A DNA stretch of 23,907 nt from a bacterium (GTDB taxonomy: Bacteria; Oederibacteriota; PGYV01; Palsa-1178), in contig JBAXIL010000027.1 of NCBI GenBank assembly GCA_037138355.1, positions 1 through 23,907 on the forward strand, written 5' to 3'. Shown here piece by piece: positions 8,472 to 15,368 of this stretch. The translations under genes and the position numbers were made by a program. How positions within the stretch are numbered: the stretch's first letter is position 1; the number at the start of each line of letters is the position of its first letter. The notes beneath the pieces were generated by a model. It did not search any database. It was not told the DNA's origin and worked only from the letters and a program-made list of their open reading frames with translations.

Positions 8472-9272
8472 TCATATACTTCTTTCATGAGAATTTGGAA
8501 ACATAAAGATATTCGGCTTGCCTGTTTTTTTATTGTTTTCTATATAAAAATTTTCAAGTCCATAAACCTTTCTAATCACTTTCTCTTTAATAACCTCTTC
8601 TGGAGTTCCATCCGCTTCAACCACTCCATTATTCATAAGTATTACTCTCTTAAGATACTCAGAGGCGAGATTTATGCCGTGAGATATCATTAAAATAGTA
8701 TGACCTGAATCATTTAATTTAAATATATGTTCCATTAATTCAGACTGATTTTTCACATCCAGAAAAGTCAATGGTTCATCCATAATCAAAAGTTTTGCTT
8801 CCTGAGCAAATGCCCTGGCAATCAAAACCATTCGTTTTTCGCCACCACTTAGTGAATTATATCCATAAAATCTTTTATTTTCTAATCCAAAATAACATAA
8901 TGATTCTGTTACCTTATCTCTATCCTTTTGTTTCATAATACCTGTTTCTTTTATATATGGCCGCCTACCCATATTGACTATATCCTCCACAGAAAAATCA
9001 AAAGGCATATTCTCGACCTGTGGAATGTAAGATATCATAGTTGCTCTCTGTATATTACTATATTCTGTTATCTGCTTTCCTGCAATAAGTACTTCCCCAT
9101 CATATCCATTACTTAAACCTGCTAATATTTTTACAAGTGTAGTTTTACCTGCTCCGTTTGGGCCTATCAAAGCGACTGATTCTCCTGCTTGTAATAACAA
9201 AGAAACATTTTTCAAACTAAAATTTCCATTTTCATAACTATAACAAATGTTTTTAGCTTCTAAAATTTTCAT
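8472..9272 (-). CDS. btuD: Cobalamin/iron-chelate ABC transporter ATPase
   Basis: Walker A GPNGAGKT, signature LSGGE, Walker B LIMDEP, H-loop ISH; ATGA overlap with the permease gene. Substrate assigned from context. Confidence 0.88.
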   Translation of the reverse strand: MKILEAKNICYSYENGNFSLKNVSLLLQAGESVALIGPNGAGKTTLVKILAGLSNGYDGEVLIAGKQITEYSNIQRATMISYIPQVENMPFDFSVEDIVNMGRRPYIKETGIMKQKDRDKVTESLCYFGLENKRFYGYNSLSGGEKRMVLIARAFAQEAKLLIMDEPLTFLDVKNQSELMEHIFKLNDSGHTILMISHGINLASEYLKRVILMNNGVVEADGTPEEVIKEKVIRKVYGLENFYIENNKKTGKPNIFMFPNSHERSI

Positions 9273-10243
9273 ATTGTTTTCCTTGTATTTAGCAAAATGA
9301 TAAATACAGGAACTCCTATGAGCCCTGTTATAACTCCTACTGGTATTTCTGATGGTAAAAATAAAGTTCTGGCAAGAGTATCGGCACCTAAAAGGAATGC
9401 TGCTCCTGCTATGAAAGATGCTGGAATCATGCCACGCATATCAGGACCAATAAAGAATCTTGTTATATGTGGTATAATAAGCCCTACAAATCCTATTACA
9501 CCGCTTAGAGCAACTGATATAGCAGTCAAAACACCTGCAAATACAAAATACAAAACTTTTATAAATTCGGTTTTAACACCGAGAGACTTCGCATCATCTT
9601 CACCCACAGCCATTATATTTAAATCATTTGCATAATAGACTGCCGCTATCATAATTATAATTGTAATAATAATTGCATACATTGCAATATCTGGATTGAT
9701 ATTTGATAAATCTCCCATAAGCCAAAATACTACTTTTACTAAATCTCTGGAATATACTGCGTTTAACATCATAATCATAGATGAAAAAAATGAACCAACC
9801 ATGACTCCGATTAATAATAGGCGCGACACAGTCAGTGAACCAAATACAATTGACAGTCTATACACTATATACATAGTAATAAGCGCACCGGCAATTGAAG
9901 GAGCTAATAATCCTGACACTCCAAATATAATGGCACAAGCAGCTCCAAAAGCCGCACCTGATGATATGCCTGTAATAAATGGGTCCACAAGTGGATTTTT
10001 TAAAAGAGCCTGAAGTATTGCTCCGCTTGACGATAGCATACCGCCAACTAAAATCGCAAATATTATTCTGGGAAGCCTTATTTTCATTATTATGTCGTAG
10101 CTTGCCCCACCTGTTTTACCAGTAAAATATCCAAAAATATCTGATATGGGAACATTTACAGAGCCACTTGATACTGACCAAACAAATAGAAAAAATAAAA
10201 TAATGGAACTTGCACAATTATATGCTAAAACTTTTGATTTCAT
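9269..10243 (-). CDS. btuC: FecCD/BtuC-family ABC permease
   Basis: IRLPRII, LQALLKNPLVDPFITGISSGA, FWLMGDL, GVIGFVGLIIPH, EIPVGVITGLIG. Confidence 0.9.
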   Translation of the reverse strand: MKSKVLAYNCASSIILFFLFVWSVSSGSVNVPISDIFGYFTGKTGGASYDIIMKIRLPRIIFAILVGGMLSSSGAILQALLKNPLVDPFITGISSGAAFGAACAIIFGVSGLLAPSIAGALITMYIVYRLSIVFGSLTVSRLLLIGVMVGSFFSSMIMMLNAVYSRDLVKVVFWLMGDLSNINPDIAMYAIIITIIIMIAAVYYANDLNIMAVGEDDAKSLGVKTEFIKVLYFVFAGVLTAISVALSGVIGFVGLIIPHITRFFIGPDMRGMIPASFIAGAAFLLGADTLARTLFLPSEIPVGVITGLIGVPVFIILLNTRKTI

Positions 10244-11097
10244 TTAGCAGCCGCCTTGTGAAAGATTTGCTTTAAAATACGAATTGCTTGCGGTATGCGT
10301 GGACCAGGTCTAAGTAGCATATCGAAAGTATCTAATACAAATATATTTCCTTTTTTTCCAGCTATTGTCTGCAAAAAATATTCCCTTTTAAGATAATCGG
10401 CTTCTGGCTTATATAATAATATAATTACATCTGGATTTCTTTTAATAATTTCTTCAGGCGATACTTTAGGATACTCTGTTCTTGCATCCGACAATATATT
10501 TTTCCCGCCCGCCAATCGTATTGCTTCGTTGATAAATGATGTCTTACCAATCGCCATTACTGGCTGATTCCAAAGTTCCATATATACTTTAAGAGGCTCA
10601 GCAGAAGGTGCAGACACACGATTCATAGCCATCTCAAATTCAACGATTTTATCTCTTGCCACAACAGTATCTCCAGTTAAGTTTCCAAGAATTGTTATGT
10701 CATTCCAAATGCCTTTAGAAAGATTCATTGGATACAATACCAAAACTGGTATTCCGAGTTTTTCGAGACGAGATATAGCTTTTTTTTGAATGCCTCCACC
10801 AGATATTACTACACTTGGTTTCAATTTTACTATTTTTTCCACATCGGGAGTCATAAATGAACCTGCTTTTTCTTTTTTTAAAGCCCCAGCAGGCCAATCA
10901 CAATTAGTAGAAACAGCCGCTAATAAATCCTGCTTGCCCAACCAAAAAATCATTTCAGTGTGCGCTGGAGACAGGCAAACAATAGACTCTACAGGTATAT
11001 TTACTTCAACCTTTCGTCCTACATCATCAGTAATGATAACAGCTTGCAAGTTTCCTGTAATTAACATTGCAAATAGTAATGTTAAGAGTTTTTTCAT
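10240..11097 (-). CDS. btuF: Periplasmic cobalamin-binding protein (helical-backbone SBP)
   Basis: Signal peptide MKKLL...LQA with no lipobox Cys, TDDVGRKV, IVCLSPAHTE, EEIIKRNPDVII, RPGPRI. Start ATG 11097, 1 nt after the cobO stop. Confidence 0.88.
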   Translation of the reverse strand: MKKLLTLLFAMLITGNLQAVIITDDVGRKVEVNIPVESIVCLSPAHTEMIFWLGKQDLLAAVSTNCDWPAGALKKEKAGSFMTPDVEKIVKLKPSVVISGGGIQKKAISRLEKLGIPVLVLYPMNLSKGIWNDITILGNLTGDTVVARDKIVEFEMAMNRVSAPSAEPLKVYMELWNQPVMAIGKTSFINEAIRLAGGKNILSDARTEYPKVSPEEIIKRNPDVIILLYKPEADYLKREYFLQTIAGKKGNIFVLDTFDMLLRPGPRIPQAIRILKQIFHKAAAK

Positions 11098-11098
11098 A

Positions 11099-11626
11099 TT
11101 AATAATCAATTCCCCTTCTTGCTTTAATACCCATTTTATATGGATGTTTTACTTCTTTCATTTCTGTGACTAAATCAGCTTTTTTTAGAAGTGCTTTAGA
11201 CGCATTCCTGCCAGTAATTACTAATTCAAGATTTTTTGGTTTTAAATCAAGCATAGCAAATATATCTTTTTCTTCTATTAAGCCCAAATCTATAAGATGC
11301 GTGAGTTCATCAAGAACTATTAAGTCATAATTTTTATTTTTTATATAGGAAGCAACAATCTTCAAATCCTTAACTACCTGCATTTTCAATGCTGCGCCTG
11401 TGACTGTTTTATCAAATAAAGGAGTCGTCTGTTTAAACCTGATTAAATCAATTCCTGACAAGCTCTGTATTATTTTTTCTTCTGAATTAGAAAAACGGCC
11501 ACCTTTCAAAAACTGAAAAACAGCGACTTTTAATCCAGCACCGAGAGCACGAATTGCAAGTCCTATAGCAGCAGTTGTTTTCCCTTTGCCATTGCCTGTG
11601 TAGAGCTGTATAAATCCATTTTTCAT
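11099..11626 (-). CDS. cobO: Cob(I)yrinic acid a,c-diamide / cob(I)alamin adenosyltransferase (CobA/CobO/BtuR type)
   Basis: YTGNGKGKTTAAIG, QFLKG, LIVLDE, ELVITGR, ADLVTEMKEVKHPY..GIKARRGIDY. Confidence 0.96.
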   Translation of the reverse strand: MKNGFIQLYTGNGKGKTTAAIGLAIRALGAGLKVAVFQFLKGGRFSNSEEKIIQSLSGIDLIRFKQTTPLFDKTVTGAALKMQVVKDLKIVASYIKNKNYDLIVLDELTHLIDLGLIEEKDIFAMLDLKPKNLELVITGRNASKALLKKADLVTEMKEVKHPYKMGIKARRGIDY

Positions 11627-11651
11627 GAATTACTCCTTAAATTCTAATACT

Positions 11652-12260
11652 TCATACACCCTTAATGTGGTAAAGAATTTTATTTCTTTCTTTTTTCGGC
11701 AAATGCGAAACACTATTTAAAAGAAGTAGAAAGAAAGCATTTCTTTTGGAATCATAAAACACTTCAGAAAGTGAAGCATTGTATATCCTTAATCTTTTAT
11801 AATCCTTTAAACCAATTACATATGAAACAAGCTGCCTAACCACACCCCCGTGTGATACTAAAACCACATCTTTGCCCTTGAATTTTTTTACAATTTGCTT
11901 GAATGCCTTGTTAAGTCTTATAAAAAAAGCAGCATCCTTCTCGCCAGTGAAACTTTTATTCTGTTTGTGATAACGGTCGTAAGTGGTACCTTCAAGATTT
12001 CCATAATTACGCTCTCGCAACTGTTTCATTTTATAGATTCTACTCTTTATACCAGTGGCCTTTTTTATCTCATTTGCTGTTTGATATGCCCTTTTCAAAT
12101 CGCTACTAACTATCGCGTCAATTTTACGATATTTTAACTCTTTACCAATGGCGCGTGCCTGTAATAGACCAGTTTTATTCAAAGGAACATCTGTGTGTCC
12201 CTGAAATAAAAACTTATTATTCCAATCAGTTTCGCCATGGCGAACTAAATATATATACAT
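11652..12260 (-). CDS. Histidine phosphatase family protein, possibly alpha-ribazole-5'-phosphate phosphatase (CobC-like)
   Basis: LVRHGETDWN, SSDLKRA, LRERNYG.LEG, VSHGG. First gene behind the B12 riboswitch; CobC function inferred from context only. Confidence 0.8.
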   Translation of the reverse strand: MYIYLVRHGETDWNNKFLFQGHTDVPLNKTGLLQARAIGKELKYRKIDAIVSSDLKRAYQTANEIKKATGIKSRIYKMKQLRERNYGNLEGTTYDRYHKQNKSFTGEKDAAFFIRLNKAFKQIVKKFKGKDVVLVSHGGVVRQLVSYVIGLKDYKRLRIYNASLSEVFYDSKRNAFFLLLLNSVSHLPKKERNKILYHIKGV

Positions 12261-12305
12261 AAATATCCTATACCTCCATAATATTTAAAACTTAACTCCA
12301 TAAAT

Positions 12306-12330
12306 AAAAAAACCCGGCTCGCGCCGGGTC
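12306..12330 (-). terminator. Intrinsic terminator in the riboswitch expression platform
   Basis: Minus strand GACCCGGC-GCGA-GCCGGGTT followed by a U-run, upstream of the first gene's RBS. Confidence 0.88.
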
Positions 12331-12340
12331 GTATTTATTG

Positions 12341-12455
12341 CCACTTCCCCTACCGCGAAGGTACTATCCGTTATATTAGTGGACCGGGCTCATGCCTTTC
12401 GGCTATTACCGTTGCGCGACAGCGCCCCGAATCTCACGGGGACTTCCTCTAATAT
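12341..12455 (-). ncRNA. Cobalamin riboswitch (compact, class II-like)
   Basis: Minus strand ATATTAG AGGAAGT CCCC-GTGAGATTC-GGGG C GC-TGTCGC-GC AACGGTAA ta GCC-GAAA-GGC at GAGCCCG GTCCA CTAATAT. Shows a closing stem, T-loop P4, the GCAACGGTAA core, and downstream P13 CTTC-GCGGTAGGG-GAAG whose loop pairs with L5. Upstream of the btu/cob genes. Confidence 0.92.
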
Positions 12456-12475
12456 TCCGTATTTAAATCTTAGAT

Positions 12476-12504
12476 ATTTTAGCATGTGTATATTTTCGTG
12501 TCAA
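12476..12504 (-). promoter_or_regulatory. Sigma70 promoter of the B12 operon
   Basis: TTGACA (12504-12499), 17 nt spacer, TAAAAT (12481-12476), about 20 nt upstream of the aptamer. Confidence 0.85.
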
Positions 12505-12522
12505 TCGTATTAAAAATCGGAC

Positions 12523-12551
12523 AAAAAAAAACCCGCTTTCGCGGGTTTTTT
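12523..12551. terminator. Intrinsic terminator after ferredoxin (potentially bidirectional)
   Basis: A-run, CCCGC-TTTC-GCGGG, T-run; 25 nt past the ferredoxin stop. Confidence 0.88.
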
Positions 12552-12576
12552 GGTTCTTTATTATAATCAATAGCGA

Positions 12577-12810
12577 CTAAACGCCATCATCACCGATTGA
12601 ATTTGTCGGACAAGAACCCATAGCATCAGTAGATGCAGCAAGCTCCGCATCATTAACTGGTTGTTTAGCTACAAACGCATGCGAACCATCATCATTGGTT
12701 TTAAAGTTTTCTGGTGCTGAACCTTCGCATACACCACATGCTATGCACTGATCATCTACATAAAATTTACCAGGAACATTTTCTGAAACTCTTCCGCCTT
12801 TATTTGCCAT
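12577..12810 (-). CDS. Single-cluster [4Fe-4S] ferredoxin
   Basis: CIACGVC plus distal CP, 77 aa, acidic, AAGGAG RBS. Confidence 0.93.
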   Translation of the reverse strand: MANKGGRVSENVPGKFYVDDQCIACGVCEGSAPENFKTNDDGSHAFVAKQPVNDAELAASTDAMGSCPTNSIGDDGV

Positions 12811-12862
12811 TCTCTTTCTCCTTTAAATTAAAATTTGTCTGATTTGGAAATCAGCGGTGTTA

Positions 12863-12891
12863 AATATATAATAAAATTGAAAATATTTCAA
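12863..12891 (-). promoter_or_regulatory. Candidate sigma70 promoter for ferredoxin
   Basis: TTGAAA (12891-12886), 17 nt spacer, TATATT (12868-12863). AT-rich background lowers specificity. Confidence 0.5.
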
Positions 12892-12898
12892 GTTTTAT

Positions 12899-13459
12899 TT
12901 ATGGTCTTATTACTATCTTTTTTCCAGTAGTATAATCAATTACTTTTGATGCCTTTCCCTTTACCTGTTTATCATCAGACAAAGCGAGTGATACCCTTTT
13001 TATGATTTTTGTATCAATATCTACGAACTTGCCTGGGGCATTACTTCCAGAGATATTAGCAGAAGTAGCTGCCAGTGGCTCCTTTAATACCTTTATTATT
13101 GAATTAATTAACTTTGATTTTATTACTCTAAAGCCAGCCGTTCCATTTTTTAAGAAAGAGAACTTTTTAGCATATTTAGTATTTAATTTCAAAATAACAG
13201 TGTATGGGCCTGGAAGCAAGGCGAGGATTTTATATTTTAATGCAGGCGCAACCAAGGCATATTTTAATATATCTTTTTTATCTGCCAAAAATAACTGCAA
13301 CGGCTTATTAGATGCTCTTCCTTTGATTCGATATATGTTAGTAGTAGCAGATTTGCTCAAAGCTCTACAAAACAATCCATAAACTGTATCGGTTGGTAAT
13401 ATGCAAATTTTATTGTGTTTTAATAGCTGAGTTATTTTTTTTACTTCAAGTGCTTTCAT
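12899..13459 (-). CDS. tsaC: L-threonylcarbamoyladenylate synthase (YrdC domain only)
   Basis: PTDTVYGL, IYRIKGRASNKPL, PGPYT, TSANISG; ATGA overlap with purE. Confidence 0.93.
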   Translation of the reverse strand: MKALEVKKITQLLKHNKICILPTDTVYGLFCRALSKSATTNIYRIKGRASNKPLQLFLADKKDILKYALVAPALKYKILALLPGPYTVILKLNTKYAKKFSFLKNGTAGFRVIKSKLINSIIKVLKEPLAATSANISGSNAPGKFVDIDTKIIKRVSLALSDDKQVKGKASKVIDYTTGKKIVIRP

Positions 13460-13974
13460 TTTTTGTCTTCGAGAAATTTTTTAATACCTTTTTTTTGTAA
13501 TTCCTTATCTTTTACTTCAACTTTTTCCGCAAGCTGTTTTTTGTATTCATTTAATTTCTTTTTAAGAACAGGATATTTAACCGCTAAAATTTGTGCTGCG
13601 AAAATTCCTGCATTTATAGCGCCTGGTTTTCCGATAGCCATAGTTGCAACAGGAATTCCTCCTGGCATTTGGACTATAGAAAATAGCGCATCTAAACCAT
13701 CTAATCCTCCACCTTGCATTGGAACTCCTATAACTGGTAAACTTGTTTCTGCAGCAATTACTCCACCCAAATGTGCTGCCATTCCAGCTGCAGCGATTAT
13801 GACTTCACAAGATTGTTTATTAACTTCTTCAAGAAAAGTTTTAACTTTTTTAGGAGTTCTGTGTGCTGAGGTTATACTAATATATGTTTCAATACCAAAA
13901 CCATTAAGAATATCAACGGTTTCCTTCATAACCAATAAATCCGAATCACTACCCATAACAATAGCCACTTTCAT
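13456..13974 (-). CDS. purE: N5-CAIR mutase / AIR carboxylase catalytic subunit
   Basis: MGSDSD, SAHRTP, AGMAAHLGG, SIVQMPGGIPVAT; GGAGG RBS. Confidence 0.98.
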   Translation of the reverse strand: MKVAIVMGSDSDLLVMKETVDILNGFGIETYISITSAHRTPKKVKTFLEEVNKQSCEVIIAAAGMAAHLGGVIAAETSLPVIGVPMQGGGLDGLDALFSIVQMPGGIPVATMAIGKPGAINAGIFAAQILAVKYPVLKKKLNEYKKQLAEKVEVKDKELQKKGIKKFLEDKK

Positions 13975-14013
13975 ATAAACCTCCTAATTAAAAAATTGTT
14001 TTTTTGATTCAAA

Positions 14014-15285
14014 TTATCTTAAACCTTTTTTACCTACATCTTTTCTATAGTATACGCCTTCAAAATGAATTTTGTCTATATTATTGTAAACTTTTTCTAT
14101 AGCAGATTTTATGTCTTTAGCAACAGCCGTGATATTAATTACCCTACCACCGCTTGTTACTACCTTATTATTCTGCCTTGTTGTCCCAGCGTGAAACGCC
14201 ATAACATCATTCATATTCTTAAAAGAATCAAGGCCTGTTATTTCTATATTTTTCTCATAATCCCCAGGGTATCCTTTTGAAGCCAAAACTACAGTTATAG
14301 CCGCTTTATCTTCAAGTTCGAGTTTAATATCTTTGAGTCTTCCTTCTGCAGAAGCAAGACACAACTCAACTAAATCTGTTTTTAATAATGGTAATACAGC
14401 TTGAGTTTCTGGATCTCCAAAACGCACATTATATTCAAGTACTTTTGGACCATTCTTTGTCATCATTATACCAGCGTATAAAATACCTTTATATGTTATT
14501 CCCTCGCTTTTCAAAGCAGCAACTGTTGGCAGCAATATCTCATTTTTTATTCTCTCAGCTAATAGTGGAGTAATAAGTGGGGCTGGAGCATAAGCCCCCA
14601 TGCCGCCTGTATTTGGTCCCAAATCATTGTCAAAAATGCGTTTATGGTCTTGGGACGGAGGTAAGGCAAGCACTGTTTTACCATCCGTAAAAGCAAGTAT
14701 GCTTGCTTCCTCTCCTTCTAAAAACTCTTCAATTACAATTTTTGTTCCAGCGGCACCAAATTTTTTGTTGTTCATTATGTCTTGTACAGCATCTAATGCT
14801 TGCGCTTGAGTTTCAGCAATTATTACGCCTTTCCCTGCGGCAAGACCATCTGCTTTTATGACTATTGGATATATCATATTTTCCTTTATATAGTTCTTGG
14901 CTTTATCGCTATCTACGAACTCTCTAAAATCAGCAGTTGGTATATTGTATTTTTCAAATAAATTTTTCGTGAATGCCTTGCTTCCCTCCATTTGTGACGC
15001 ATCCTTATTTGGTCCAAAAATTTTAAGACCTTCCGCTTCAAATATATCCACAATACCGTTTACAAGCGGTATTTCAGGCCCTACGATAGTTAAACCTATT
15101 GCCTTTTTCTTTGCAAATTCAAGAAGTCCTTTTATATCATCAATCTGAATATCAATATTTTCTGCAATGCTTGAAGTGCCAGCATTTCCTGGGGCGCAAT
15201 ATATTTTATCAATGTTTTTTGATTTCGCAACGCACCAAACTATAGCATGCTCGCGACCTCCACTTCCTATGACTAATATGTTCAT
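14014..15285 (-). CDS. purD: Phosphoribosylamine-glycine ligase
   Basis: GSGGREHA, KADGLAAGKGV, QDHKR, GPNTGGMGAY, EYNVRFGDPETQ. Start ATG 15285 behind GGAGG. Confidence 0.98.
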   Translation of the reverse strand: MNILVIGSGGREHAIVWCVAKSKNIDKIYCAPGNAGTSSIAENIDIQIDDIKGLLEFAKKKAIGLTIVGPEIPLVNGIVDIFEAEGLKIFGPNKDASQMEGSKAFTKNLFEKYNIPTADFREFVDSDKAKNYIKENMIYPIVIKADGLAAGKGVIIAETQAQALDAVQDIMNNKKFGAAGTKIVIEEFLEGEEASILAFTDGKTVLALPPSQDHKRIFDNDLGPNTGGMGAYAPAPLITPLLAERIKNEILLPTVAALKSEGITYKGILYAGIMMTKNGPKVLEYNVRFGDPETQAVLPLLKTDLVELCLASAEGRLKDIKLELEDKAAITVVLASKGYPGDYEKNIEITGLDSFKNMNDVMAFHAGTTRQNNKVVTSGGRVINITAVAKDIKSAIEKVYNNIDKIHFEGVYYRKDVGKKGLR

Positions 15286-15303
15286 AAAACCTCCATTAAA
15301 TTT

Positions 15304-15352
15304 CAATTTTAAGTTTTAAGTTTAAAATTTTAAAACTCAAAACCTAAAACTG
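15304..15352 (-). repeat. Inverted array of imperfect heptamer repeats forming a ~20 bp hairpin
   Basis: Minus strand CAGTTTTAGGTTTTGAGTTT...AAACTTAAAACTTAAAATTG: 20 contiguous pairs including 3 G-U, with 7-nt periodicity in both arms. Confidence 0.7.
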
Positions 15353-15368
15353 CCTTTATCTCATCTTA

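Noticed and set aside
10715..10897. 60 aa alternative-frame minus-strand ORF inside btuF
   Set aside because: Nested in an intact gene; no frameshift is needed to explain btuF.
12261..12302. Repeated TATGGAG and tiny upstream ORFs between the riboswitch terminator and the first gene
   Set aside because: One copy is simply the RBS; the peptides are trivial and the riboswitch already explains regulation.
13463..13978. 171 aa plus-strand ORF spanning purE
   Set aside because: Codon-aligned antisense mirror of purE with no RBS or motif; the same holds for the other plus-strand ORFs in the track.
15286..15368. Possible purine or ZTP riboswitch upstream of purD
   Set aside because: Only 83 nt, almost all occupied by the AT-rich heptamer hairpin; no riboswitch core motifs.
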